DNA from: Nitrospirota bacterium | Lineage (GTDB): Bacteria > Nitrospirota > UBA9217 | Assembly: GCA_963737155.1 (NCBI GenBank) | Contig: CAVTRN010000002.1 | Location: 1,152,001-1,216,000, forward strand | Length of the DNA stretch: 64,000 nucleotides | Reading direction: 5' to 3' | Shown here: positions 1-9,832 of the stretch, piece after piece | Position numbering within the stretch: the first letter of the stretch is position 1 | Layout of the letters: the number at the start of each line of letters is the position of its first letter | Program-made: the position numbers and the translations under genes | Notes under the pieces: model-generated | Database searches by the model: none | Told to the model about the DNA's origin: nothing | The model's input: only the letters and a program-made list of their open reading frames with translations

Positions 1-22
1 ATAGAAGTCCTGCACTAGTCGG

Positions 23-340
23 TTATCCGCCCATGTAGCCGCCGGAAAACTCGCTTTTTGCGATTTCTTCGGAAGACGCCACCGATGCCACGCGGTCAAA
101 CTCCCGGTCTGTTCCTTTCCATTCAAAGGGACAGGCTTTCATCAGCAGTTGGAGCTTCCATTCGACCATATCAGAGAGCTCGCTAAGGTGTCGTTCGTAG
201 ATATTTGAACTTTCGCTGTCCTCACCATATGCCTTTTTCGCATCTTCCCGGAGGAGGTGAATGCTCTCTTTTATGCTCATGAGTTTCCCACTCAATTCAT
301 CACAATACCCATTAATCTTTATATTTTTTACAGTTGCCAT
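23..340 (-). CDS. Hypothetical protein (~105 aa, helical, ACPFEW motif, C-terminal GGYMGG)
   Basis: ORF 23..436. Start moved to ATG at 340 because GAGGAGG lies just upstream on the minus strand. Confidence 0.7.
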   Translation of the reverse strand: MATVKNIKINGYCDELSGKLMSIKESIHLLREDAKKAYGEDSESSNIYERHLSELSDMVEWKLQLLMKACPFEWKGTDREFDRVASVASSEEIAKSEFSGGYMGG

Positions 341-785
341 TTGGTGCCTCCTCTTGCTTTCGGGCCGGGGAGTATATGGCAAGTATCCCCTCTTGTCCGC
401 ATTTCCCGCTTCTTTTCTCGCCGGGATGCATGACATTCATCTTATAATAAAAGTATAACACCGGCGAAGCCCTGATGTGCAATTAGCTTGATATTTTATA
501 TGCTGGAACCAGGGTCGAGCTGACTGCCCAGCAGTGGCTGCTTTGCACAGCCTGTGGTCAACCGGTTTGCCTGGAGAAAAACCAGGCCCTCAATATCAGA
601 CCATGATTTGGGGACGTGACAGACATATCTGCGGTATTTACCATCAGAATCAGCAACAGTCCTCAGTGGCAACAGAGTCTGATTCGGGAATCCTTTGCAC
701 TGAGGTCGGGAAGGATGCCACCCGTGTAAGGAAGGCGGATAACTGAAAATTTTCAACGTTTGGAAAACGAGAACAGAACCCATGC

Positions 786-2165
786 TCAGGCAAGAAGCTC
801 CTTGATATTCCTGATCACTTCGGCAACAACCTGTTGCGAGTTTCCGTAGAGCATGCGCGTGTTGTTGGCAAAAAAAAGGGTGTTCTCAGTACCGGAATAA
901 CCGGTGCCTTTCCCGCGTTTGATCACGATGACATTGTGCGATTGGTCAGCGTTCAAAATCGGCATCCCGTAGAGAGGGCTTGTCTTATCCACGCGTGCGG
1001 CAGGGTTCACCACATCGTTGGCGCCGATAACGAGCGCTACGTCGGTCTGGCTGAACTCCTCGTTTATTTCCTCGAGATCGAATATCCTCTCATAAGGCAC
1101 GCCGGCCTCGGCCAGGAGCACGTTCATGTGGCCGGGCATACGCCCCGCCACGGGATGAATTGCGAACTTGACCTCCACGCCCGCTTCGCCCAGAAGCTGG
1201 CTCATCTCCTTTACCTTGTGCTGAGCTTGACCCACGGCCATGCCGTATCCGGGAATGATGATTACCTTCTGCGCGTAGCGCAGCATGGCTGCGGCGTCAA
1301 GTGCCGAGACTTCCTTCATCGTTCCGGCAACGGCCGTCCCGCTTGACTGTGACGTGCCCGTAATTGGCCTGAACAGGATGTTGGTCAAAGGACGGTTCAT
1401 GGCTCGCGCCATCAGCTGCGTAAGAAGTGTACCCGCCGACCCTACGACAATGCCTGCGATGATGAGCGCCGGGTTATTTAGAACGTATCCCTCGAATCCG
1501 ACTGCCAGACCCGTAAATGCGTTGAACAGCGAGATTACCACGGGCATGTCCGCACCGCCGATGGGCATGGTTACGATCGCGCCGAGTGTGAACGCAAGCG
1601 CGAAAAAGACGATGATGTGCAACATGGAGACCTGGACCGCGGTCACGATGAAGATGCCTGCTAGGACGGTGAGCGCGGCCAGAATTATATTGACCACATT
1701 CTGGAACGGGAGGTGAAAGGCCTTACGCATGATTCCCTGCAGTTTTGCAAAGGCCACCAACGAGCCGGAGAACGACACGGTCCCGATGGTTCCCCCAAGA
1801 ACTGCCAGGGTTTTTGCCGCAGCTCCGTGAGTTTCACCCCGGCTGAATTCAATGGCGGCGATTGCCGCTGCCGCGCCGCCGCCCATACCGTTATATAAGG
1901 CGACCATTTGCGGTATGTCGGTCATTTTGACGACCTTCCCCGACCAAGCGGAGACACCACCGCCAATGGCAAGAGCGATTGCCATCAGAAGGTAGTTGTT
2001 CATGCCGGGCCATCCGAAGGTAACGAGCGTGGCAAGCACCATGCCGACGCCCGCCCAGATGATACCGCGCCGGGCCGTTACCGGAGACGACATGCCCTTG
2101 AGTCCCAAAATGAACAGGAACGCTGCGATGAAGTAGCTTGTATGAATGAGGATGCTTATTGGCAT
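786..2165 (-). CDS. pntB: NAD(P)+ transhydrogenase beta subunit
   Basis: Multi-TM N-terminus; PGYGMAV, HPVAGRMPGHMNVLLAEA and GANDVVNPAA motifs of domain III. Confidence 0.97.
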   Translation of the reverse strand: MPISILIHTSYFIAAFLFILGLKGMSSPVTARRGIIWAGVGMVLATLVTFGWPGMNNYLLMAIALAIGGGVSAWSGKVVKMTDIPQMVALYNGMGGGAAAAIAAIEFSRGETHGAAAKTLAVLGGTIGTVSFSGSLVAFAKLQGIMRKAFHLPFQNVVNIILAALTVLAGIFIVTAVQVSMLHIIVFFALAFTLGAIVTMPIGGADMPVVISLFNAFTGLAVGFEGYVLNNPALIIAGIVVGSAGTLLTQLMARAMNRPLTNILFRPITGTSQSSGTAVAGTMKEVSALDAAAMLRYAQKVIIIPGYGMAVGQAQHKVKEMSQLLGEAGVEVKFAIHPVAGRMPGHMNVLLAEAGVPYERIFDLEEINEEFSQTDVALVIGANDVVNPAARVDKTSPLYGMPILNADQSHNVIVIKRGKGTGYSGTENTLFFANNTRMLYGNSQQVVAEVIRNIKELLA

Positions 2166-2199
2166 AATAATTCAGAGTCCAAAGTTCATTGGTCAAAGT

Positions 2200-2508
2200 T
2201 CAGAGCTTCGTGTTGCTGCTCTTTGCGTCTCTTTTTTCGCTCTTAAACATCGCCAGCATTCGTTCCGTTACCACGTAGCCGCCGGCCGCATTGGCGGCGC
2301 CGAGCAGAACGGCAATGAAACCGATAATCTGCTCGAAGGGCGTTCGGGCCTCACCAAGTGCAACCATGGCTCCCACCAGAACGACGCCGTGCACGAAATT
2401 GGAGCCCGACATCAGTGGCGTATGCAGGATGACCGGAACTCGCGAGATTACTTCGTAACCGGTGAATGCGGCGAGCATGAATATATAAAGTGCTGCAGAG
2501 CCTTCCAT
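2200..2508 (-). CDS. pntAB: NAD(P)+ transhydrogenase alpha subunit, membrane part
   Basis: LHTPLMSGSNFVHG and GGYVVTERML motifs; lies between pntAA and pntB. Confidence 0.95.
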   Translation of the reverse strand: MEGSAALYIFMLAAFTGYEVISRVPVILHTPLMSGSNFVHGVVLVGAMVALGEARTPFEQIIGFIAVLLGAANAAGGYVVTERMLAMFKSEKRDAKSSNTKL

Positions 2509-3638
2509 CAGACGCCTCCCTCCAGGGATTTTCTTACCCCTTCATTCCGTATCTTCCCCTCACGAGTGAAGCAGCTTCCCGCCAGGATTTCATCATTCGC
2601 ATCAAGAACAAATTGGCCGTCCTTGATGAAGGGTGAAAGGAAGTTGTACAGGTTTCTGGCGTACATCTCCGAAGCATGGACCGGCATACGCGATGCGAGG
2701 TTGACGGTACCTACAATGGAGACACCATTCCTGACCACGGTCTCGCCGGGGCGCGTGCCGGCAACATTGCCACCCACGTCCGCGGCCATGTCCACGATGA
2801 TCGAGCCCTTTTTCATGTGATCAATCATGTCTTCGGTGACGATAAGCGGGCTTTTCTTGCCGGGAATTGCCGCGGTGGTTATCAGCACGTCGACTTGAGA
2901 GATAGCCTTTGTCAGCCGCTCCTGCTGTGCCGTCTTTTCATCGTAGGTCAATTCCCGCGCGTAACCACCTGCATCAGCGGCGGCCACGCCCGTGTCGACG
3001 AACCGCGCGCCCAGGGACTCGACCTGCTCCTTGGTCTCGGGTCGTACGTCATAGGCTTCGACAATGGCGCCGAGTCGGTGCGCGGTTGCGATGGTCTGCA
3101 ATCCCGCGACTCCCGCACCGATCACAAGAACACGCGCAGGCCGCAAGGTCCCGGCTGCATAGGTAATCATGGGGAAAAATTTCGGACTCAGCACGCCGGC
3201 AATCAGGGCACATTGGTAACCGGCAACCGTTGCCTGGGAGGAGAGCGCGTCCATGCTCTGGGCCCGTGAAATGCGCGGTATCAGCTCCACGGCGAAGCTC
3301 GTGACATTTTTTTCGCATAGGAGCTTTGCCCGCTCGGGGGACTCGTAAGGATGGAGAAAACCTACGAGCACCGTTCCGGGCTGCATCAGCTGGACTTCCT
3401 CCATCGTCGGCGGCTGCACCTTGAAGACAACCTGGGCTCGGGCAAACACCGCGGCGCTGTTTTCGACTATGCAGGACGCACCGAAATCATCGTCACTAAA
3501 ATAACAGCCTTCACCGGCCCCATGTTCCATGCAGATATCGGCCCCGATGGACTTGAACTTCCTAACCACATCAGGCACGATAGCTACGCGCTTTTCACCC
3601 CTCGCTGTTTCTCTGGGTACGCCTATAACGAATGCCAT
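2508..3638 (-). CDS. pntAA: NAD(P)+ transhydrogenase alpha subunit, soluble NAD-binding domain
   Basis: GEKRVA, PRISRAQSMDALSS, GAGVAGL, GGYAREL motifs. Confidence 0.96.
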   Translation of the reverse strand: MAFVIGVPRETARGEKRVAIVPDVVRKFKSIGADICMEHGAGEGCYFSDDDFGASCIVENSAAVFARAQVVFKVQPPTMEEVQLMQPGTVLVGFLHPYESPERAKLLCEKNVTSFAVELIPRISRAQSMDALSSQATVAGYQCALIAGVLSPKFFPMITYAAGTLRPARVLVIGAGVAGLQTIATAHRLGAIVEAYDVRPETKEQVESLGARFVDTGVAAADAGGYARELTYDEKTAQQERLTKAISQVDVLITTAAIPGKKSPLIVTEDMIDHMKKGSIIVDMAADVGGNVAGTRPGETVVRNGVSIVGTVNLASRMPVHASEMYARNLYNFLSPFIKDGQFVLDANDEILAGSCFTREGKIRNEGVRKSLEGGV

Positions 3639-3846
3639 CGTAAATCTCCTTTTTCATAGTAATTATAACCGTAATTTATTATCTTTGCGTGGAATCGTTC
3701 GCGTGCGACATAAAAGCTGTAAAGGACAAGGATGGAATCCGCATGCTGCTTCAGCCACGAATATTCCCCGCTTGATTTTTCCCTCCTCCTGGTCTATGTT
3801 TATTTTAAAGGAACGAAAACAATGGCATCAGGCGGTCTTTCTTTAT

Positions 3847-3990
3847 AAAACAGTCCTGAAATACCCAGCAGCTTGCTGCTGGGATGAAAAGGACATCCTG
3901 GCGAAGCCAGGATAAGTCTTCAGCTTCTTTGTTGTGCTTTTTTAAGGTTTCAAGTTCCGATGCCCCGCAGCTTGCTGCGGGGTAATTCAC
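3847..3990 (+). mobile_element. 144-bp IS200/IS605-family MITE (PATE-like), copy 1, inserted in the 5' end of lhr
   Basis: Identical to 30250..30393. Follows TTAT, ends in TCAC, no TSD. Terminal hairpins CCCAGCAGC-TT-GCTGCTGGG and CCCCGCAGC-TT-GCTGCGGGG; internal hairpin ATCCTGGC-GAA-GCCAGGAT. Confidence 0.9.
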
Positions 3991-6900
3991 TTCACCCTCT
4001 CATCAGACAATGGTTCTTGGAAAAAGTCGGAACGCCGACCGATATTCAGGAAAAGGCTTGGCCCGAAATCGCCGGAGGCCGTAACGTGCTTGTGACCGCG
4101 CCCACGGGTTGCGGCAAGACGTTGGCTGCTTTTTTATGGAGCATTAATCAGCTCGCATCAAGTGCATGGACAGGTGGTAAAGTCCGTGTTCTTTATATCT
4201 CGCCGCTCAAAGCTCTGAACAATGATGTGCTGCTCAATCTGATCAAGCCGCGTGAAGAATTGCGGGAATATTTCGCCCGCTCGGGGGTCTCATTTCCCGA
4301 AATCAACGTTCTCACTAGGAGCGGCGACACGCCCGGAGAGGAAAGGCGGAGGATGGTCCGCAAACCGCCGGAAATCCTGATAACCACCCCCGAATCACTG
4401 AACCTCCTTTTGACTTCCCGGAGCGGTCGCTCCCTGCTGACCGGACTTACGACGGTTATTATCGATGAGATTCATGCAGTTGTGGGTACGAAGCGGGGCA
4501 CCCATCTTATTACTGCTGTCGATCGTCTTGTTCCCCTGTGCGGCGATTTCCAGCGTATTGCGCTTTCAGCTACAGTCAATCCTGCGAATAAGGTTGCCGA
4601 GTTTGTGGGAGGTTTCCGGAAGATCGGGAAAGGCCGGGATAGTTATTTCGAGAGACGTCCTGTTTCACTTATCCGGTCGCTTCAGGCCAAGACTTACGAA
4701 ATCACCGTCTTGTTCCCGCCTGACGTGCGGGAGAAAATGGTTAATGATTCCTGGTGGCCGGCGCTTATCGATTCTTTCAGGGAGATCATCAAGCAACACC
4801 GCTCAACGCTTTTGTTTGCTAATAGCAGGAGGATGACGGAAAAGGTAACTCGGTTGATCAATGAAGCGGAAAAGACCGAGTTAGTCTATGCGTATCACGG
4901 ATCCCTAAGCCGAGAAATCCGGCTGGCTGTGGAGCAGAAATTAAAAAAAGGTGAATTAAAGGCCATCGTTGCCACGAATTCCCTTGAATTGGGCATCGAC
5001 ATCGGAAGTCTGGACAGCGTTGTGTTGATTCAGACCCCGAGGTCGGTCTCCTCTGCACTTCAGCGAATCGGCCGCTCGGGACATTCGGTAGGGGAGAAAA
5101 GCCGCGGTCTGCTCTTCCCAATCCATGGGCGTGATTTTATCGATGCGGCGGTCATGGCCCGTGCCGTAATGGACCAGGACATCGAAGAGGTCCATCCCGT
5201 TGAAGCCCCGCTCGATATTCTGGCGCAGGTTGTGCTTTCGATGACTGCCATGGAACGGTGGGACATCGACGAACTGTATGCTTTTATGAAAACCTCTTAC
5301 CCTTTTCGCAATCTGACGCGCAAGCATTTTGATATCTTGCTCGAAATGCTCAGCGGACGCTATGCCGACAGCCGCTTGCGGGAATTGAAGGCACGTGTGT
5401 CGCTTGACCACATCGATAACACGGTTCAGGCCCACAGTGAAGTGTCTTATCTTATATATATATCGGGAGGCACCATCCCCGCGCGCGGTTATTTTGATCT
5501 GCGACTCAAGGAAACGCACGCAAAGATCGGAGAGCTCGATGAGGAATTCGTGTGGGAGCGGTCCCTCGGCGAGACGTTTACACTGGGCACCCAGCTCTGG
5601 CGCATCGAGAAAATCACGCACAATGACGTTGAGGTAATACCGGTCCGTTCTACTGCGGGCATCTTTCCGTTTTGGAAAGCTGAGGAACAAAATCGCGATT
5701 TTCATTTTTCCGAAAAGATCGGTCTCTTTCTTGAGCAAGCGGACAAGTGGCTCGACACTCCCGGTTTCCGCCAGGAACTTCTGGAGCGGCACGCGATGGA
5801 AGAACATGCTGCCGATGAGCTTATCGCGTTTTTGAAAATTCAGAAGGAGGCAACGGGGAGCAGCCTGCCGCATCGACACCATCTCCTGCTTGAGCATGTG
5901 GAAGAGCCCGGGGGCCGCGGCGATTTCAGGCAGGTCATCCTTCATACCTACTGGGGCGGTAGGGTGAACAGGCCTTTTGCCCTCGCTCTCGCCCAGGCCT
6001 GGGAGGAAAAGGAGCATATTCCGCTGCAGCTTATCGAAAATGATGATGCCATTCTGCTTATGCTGCCGAGGGCATTACGTACCGATGGCCTTTTTTCTCT
6101 CCTGACGCCGGAAAACATCGAATCCTTCCTGCGAAAAAGGCTGGAGCAGACAGGATTTTTCGGAGCCCGGTTCCGGGAAAACGCCGAGCGCGCTCTCTTG
6201 CTTCCGAAATCGGGCTTCAAGCGGAGAATGCCGCTCTGGCTCATCCGGCTGCGGTCCAAGGAACTCTTTGCCGCCGTGCATTCCTATGAAGACTTCCCTA
6301 TTCTGCTAGAGACGTGGCGTACCTGCCTCGAGGATGAATTCGATCTTGATCATGTGAAAACAGTCCTTGAGGAGTTGCATAACGGTGCGATCCGCATGAG
6401 CGAGACAGTGACCAGGGCCGCGTCTCCCTTTGCCGTCAACCTCGTTTGGAAGCAGACGAACAAGTACATGTACGAGGACGATACGCCACTTCTGGCCCGG
6501 GAGTCGGCACTCCGTCCGGATCTTATCAGGGAGCTTCTTTTTTCTTCTCATCTCCGTCCGAAGATCCCCGGCGAATTGATTCGTTTGTTGGACAGCAAGC
6601 TTAAGCGCACGGCGCCGGGATATTCGCCGGTCTCAGCAGTGGAACTTCTGGACTGGATCAAGGAGCGTTTGTTGATCCCGGAGCCGGAGTGGAAGGAACT
6701 GGCCGCCGCAATCAGGAGGGATCATGAACAGGACGCGGCAGCGTGGCTAGCATCCCAGGCAAGAAAGCTGTTATGGATCAGCTGGCCAGGCGTCAGATAC
6801 GCGCTTCTGTGCGCCATCGAAACGCTGCCGAAGGCGTTTGTGGCCTTCCGCCTTCATTCCGAAGTAGTTTCAGCTCAGCCCGTGACCGATGAGGAAAAAG

Positions 6901-8429
6901 TGGAAACTGTCAGGCGGCGGGTCCTATCTTTCCTTCGCGACGTGCCTGAGCCGGCCCGGATAGCTGAAGAGTATGACCTCACGACCTTTCTGTCGGAGTG
7001 GCTAGCCTTTTACGTGCCGGTGGAGAAAGAGGGACTGGCTCATCTGCTCGGCATCACCGCGGAACGGATTGATGAGGCGGCAGAACCGTTGATCGAATCG
7101 CAGGACCTAGTCATGGATCGCTTCGGGGAAGAGAGCACTATCCTCGAAATTTGCGATAGTGGAAATCTCGAAACGCTGCTCCGCATGACCCGGCGCTATA
7201 GACAGCCGTCGTTTCAAGCGCTGCCCCTTGAGCAGCTCTCGCTTTTCCTGGCAGTATGGCAGGGAATCGTTCCGCGGGGGGATTCGCTCGACAACCTCCA
7301 GCAAAAGCTGGAGCAGCTTTTCGGGTGGCCCGCTCCGGTCGGCGCCTGGGAGGAATATATCCTTCCTGCGCGCATGCAGACCTATCGGAGCGAATGGCTG
7401 GACTATCTTATGTCCACGAGCGATTTGATGTGGTTCGGCTGCGGCCTCAAGCGCATCAGTCTTGCATTCACCCAGGATCTCGAACTTTTCCGCCCCGTGA
7501 CTGCAGCGGAGGACGATGGAGAACTTGCCCACCTGATCCCAGACCGACGGGGCAGGTACAGTTTTCTTGAATTAACCGAAGCTTCCCGCATGGACACGGT
7601 CCACGCTACTGAGCTTTTATGGAAAGAAGCATGGAAAGGAAACATTACGAGCGATACCTTTCAGGCGATCAGAAAGGGCGTCATGACTGGTTTTTCCGCG
7701 CAGACCTTCAGGGATGAGGCAAGGCTTGCTTCACGGCGATCGGGGTTTAACAGGTGGAAAGTTTCCCGACCCTTGGAGGGGCACTGGTTGAGAATCGATG
7801 CTCCGCTGAAAGACCGGGATATCCTGGACGAAGAAGAACTGGCAAAGGACCGGATCCGGCAGCTCTTAAAACGCTACGGTCTGATTTTCCGTGAATTCGT
7901 TGCAAACGAACTGCCGGCATTACAATGGCGCGGGATCTTTCGATCGTTGCGACTGATGGAACTTTCGGGCGAGGTGCTGTCGGGCTACTTTTTCGAGGGC
8001 TTACCCGGTCCGCAATTCATCTCGCATGAGGCTTTCCGCTTGCTGCAGCAGCCGCTGCCCCAGGATGCCCTGTTCTGGATCGACGCTGCGGATCCGGCCT
8101 CACTGTGCGGACTTTCCTTAGGTGCCCTGCTGGGACTTCCTTCTCGCCTTGCATCAACGCATCTGGTCTATCACGGCAGTAGGCTCGTCATGCTTTCCCG
8201 GCGATCGGGCAGGAGTCTCAACTTGTTTACGGAGCCCGGTGATGCTCGATTGTCTGATTATTTCTCGTTGTTTAAAGATATTCTCAACCGCGAGTTCAAT
8301 CCGATCCAAAAAATCAGCGTGGAGAGGATCAATGGGGAACCGGCACTCCGGAGCCCCTACCGCGAAGCATTGAAGCGGCTCGGCTTCCGGTCCACGCGAA
8401 ATTCACTGGAGCTGTGGAGAGAATATTGA
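3960..8429 (+). CDS. lhr: Lhr-family ATP-dependent SF2 helicase, long form (original start ATG 3822 separated by the MITE)
   Basis: APTGCGKT, YISPLKAL, ITTPESL, DEIH, ATNSLELGIDIG, QRIGRSGH, GGTIP and a C-terminal AADPA motif. Confidence 0.92.
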   Translation: MPRSLLRGNSLHPLIRQWFLEKVGTPTDIQEKAWPEIAGGRNVLVTAPTGCGKTLAAFLWSINQLASSAWTGGKVRVLYISPLKALNNDVLLNLIKPREELREYFARSGVSFPEINVLTRSGDTPGEERRRMVRKPPEILITTPESLNLLLTSRSGRSLLTGLTTVIIDEIHAVVGTKRGTHLITAVDRLVPLCGDFQRIALSATVNPANKVAEFVGGFRKIGKGRDSYFERRPVSLIRSLQAKTYEITVLFPPDVREKMVNDSWWPALIDSFREIIKQHRSTLLFANSRRMTEKVTRLINEAEKTELVYAYHGSLSREIRLAVEQKLKKGELKAIVATNSLELGIDIGSLDSVVLIQTPRSVSSALQRIGRSGHSVGEKSRGLLFPIHGRDFIDAAVMARAVMDQDIEEVHPVEAPLDILAQVVLSMTAMERWDIDELYAFMKTSYPFRNLTRKHFDILLEMLSGRYADSRLRELKARVSLDHIDNTVQAHSEVSYLIYISGGTIPARGYFDLRLKETHAKIGELDEEFVWERSLGETFTLGTQLWRIEKITHNDVEVIPVRSTAGIFPFWKAEEQNRDFHFSEKIGLFLEQADKWLDTPGFRQELLERHAMEEHAADELIAFLKIQKEATGSSLPHRHHLLLEHVEEPGGRGDFRQVILHTYWGGRVNRPFALALAQAWEEKEHIPLQLIENDDAILLMLPRALRTDGLFSLLTPENIESFLRKRLEQTGFFGARFRENAERALLLPKSGFKRRMPLWLIRLRSKELFAAVHSYEDFPILLETWRTCLEDEFDLDHVKTVLEELHNGAIRMSETVTRAASPFAVNLVWKQTNKYMYEDDTPLLARESALRPDLIRELLFSSHLRPKIPGELIRLLDSKLKRTAPGYSPVSAVELLDWIKERLLIPEPEWKELAAAIRRDHEQDAAAWLASQARKLLWISWPGVRYALLCAIETLPKAFVAFRLHSEVVSAQPVTDEEKVETVRRRVLSFLRDVPEPARIAEEYDLTTFLSEWLAFYVPVEKEGLAHLLGITAERIDEAAEPLIESQDLVMDRFGEESTILEICDSGNLETLLRMTRRYRQPSFQALPLEQLSLFLAVWQGIVPRGDSLDNLQQKLEQLFGWPAPVGAWEEYILPARMQTYRSEWLDYLMSTSDLMWFGCGLKRISLAFTQDLELFRPVTAAEDDGELAHLIPDRRGRYSFLELTEASRMDTVHATELLWKEAWKGNITSDTFQAIRKGVMTGFSAQTFRDEARLASRRSGFNRWKVSRPLEGHWLRIDAPLKDRDILDEEELAKDRIRQLLKRYGLIFREFVANELPALQWRGIFRSLRLMELSGEVLSGYFFEGLPGPQFISHEAFRLLQQPLPQDALFWIDAADPASLCGLSLGALLGLPSRLASTHLVYHGSRLVMLSRRSGRSLNLFTEPGDARLSDYFSLFKDILNREFNPIQKISVERINGEPALRSPYREALKRLGFRSTRNSLELWREY

Positions 8430-8604
8430 CGGTTCAAGCTAGTTAAACCGTTGAAATTGTTTAAACAGTTGAACTGATCTCTGGGACTTTTTTGCATCCC
8501 AATTCGGTTTTCCTGGCATTTTTCTTGATTTGTCGCTATACACCGGATATAATTCATCTCAGTTCCTGAATATTTTATTAGGTCTAACGAGGGAGCGCAG
8601 GGAC

Positions 8605-8838
8605 ATGGCGGAAAAAAAATTTGAAGCGTCGTTGACCCGGCTTGAAGAAATCGTTCAGGAACTCGAAAAAGGAGATATTCCACTTGACCAGTCACTGAAG
8701 CTCTTTGAGGAAGGGATCAAACTTTCACGCATCTGCAACAAACGCCTCGAAGAAGCTGAGCGGAAGGTAGAAATCCTGATAAAAGACAAGGATGGTTCCG
8801 TTAAGGCCGGGCCTTTTGAGGAAGAGGAAGAAGCGTAA
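8605..8838 (+). CDS. xseB: Exodeoxyribonuclease VII small subunit
   Basis: FEASLTRLEEIVQELEKGDIPLDQSLKLFEEG; canonical position before ispA-dxs; ATG 8605. Confidence 0.95.
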   Translation: MAEKKFEASLTRLEEIVQELEKGDIPLDQSLKLFEEGIKLSRICNKRLEEAERKVEILIKDKDGSVKAGPFEEEEEA

Positions 8839-8849
8839 TTTTTAACACT

Positions 8850-9740
8850 ATGGATATCAAAACCTATCTCGCCAAAAAGAAAAACATCATAGACAAAACT
8901 CTTGAGAAGCTTGTCCCGTCTTCACCCGTTTTCCCCCCGTCCGTGCATCAGGCCATTCGTTATAGCCTTTTTGCCGGCGGCAAGCGTGTGCGCCCCATCT
9001 TGGCAATTGCCGCTGCCGAAGCTTTGGGTGCAAGGACGGCTGATTTTCTCCCTATTGCCGGATCGCTGGAACTGATCCATACCTATTCGCTGATCCATGA
9101 CGACCTCCCGGCAATGGATGACGACGATTTTCGGCGCGGAAGGGCCACTTGCCACAAAGTGTACGGTGATGCAATCGCGATTCTTGCAGGCGACGGATTG
9201 CTGAACATGGCTTTCGAGGTGTTGTCTGATCCCCGAAGGCTCAAAGCCGTTTCGGCGCAAAGACTTATTGCGATCATCAAGGAAATCTCGACTGCCTCAG
9301 GTGTTCACGGAATGGTAGGTGGCCAAGTTCTGGACATGGAGTCCGAAGGTAAGGAAATCGATTTCCCGACGCTCGAATATATTCACACTCACAAGACCGG
9401 CGCGCTGATTCGCGCTTCTGTCCGGACCGGTGCTCTCTATGCTAAGGCGGGCAAGAAGCAGTTTGCCGCCCTAACTCATTATGGTGAAATGATCGGCCTA
9501 GCGTTCCAGATTGCCGACGATATCATGGACATCACGGGCAGCAGGGAACAAACAGGCAAAGACGAGGGGAGCGATCTCAAGAAAGGCAAGCAGACCTATC
9601 CAAGTTTCTACGGCCTCGACGAGTCGCGGCGTAGAGCAGCTGAAGTCTCCGACCGGGCCATTCTGGCACTTAAGGATTTCGGCAGCAAGGCTGACCCCCT
9701 CAGGGCGTTGGCAGAGTACATCGTTAACAGAGTGAATTAG
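8850..9740 (+). CDS. ispA: Farnesyl/geranylgeranyl diphosphate synthase
   Basis: GGKRVRP, HDDLPAMDDDDFRRG, KTGAL, FQIADD. Confidence 0.96.
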   Translation: MDIKTYLAKKKNIIDKTLEKLVPSSPVFPPSVHQAIRYSLFAGGKRVRPILAIAAAEALGARTADFLPIAGSLELIHTYSLIHDDLPAMDDDDFRRGRATCHKVYGDAIAILAGDGLLNMAFEVLSDPRRLKAVSAQRLIAIIKEISTASGVHGMVGGQVLDMESEGKEIDFPTLEYIHTHKTGALIRASVRTGALYAKAGKKQFAALTHYGEMIGLAFQIADDIMDITGSREQTGKDEGSDLKKGKQTYPSFYGLDESRRRAAEVSDRAILALKDFGSKADPLRALAEYIVNRVN

Positions 9741-9832
9741 AAAAAGAAAAGATCAAGGAGCAAACAGCAACGGCAAGGAAAAACGAAAATGATTTTCCAT
9801 GACATCTACCCATACCCTACTAAGAGGTTCTC

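Noticed and set aside
496-783. Small ORFs downstream of pntB
   Set aside because: No recognisable motif or convincing RBS on either strand.
3847-3990. MITE as a self-splicing IStron that restores the lhr mRNA
   Set aside because: 144 nt is too short, no group I intron core is recognisable, and it ends in C rather than a terminal G.
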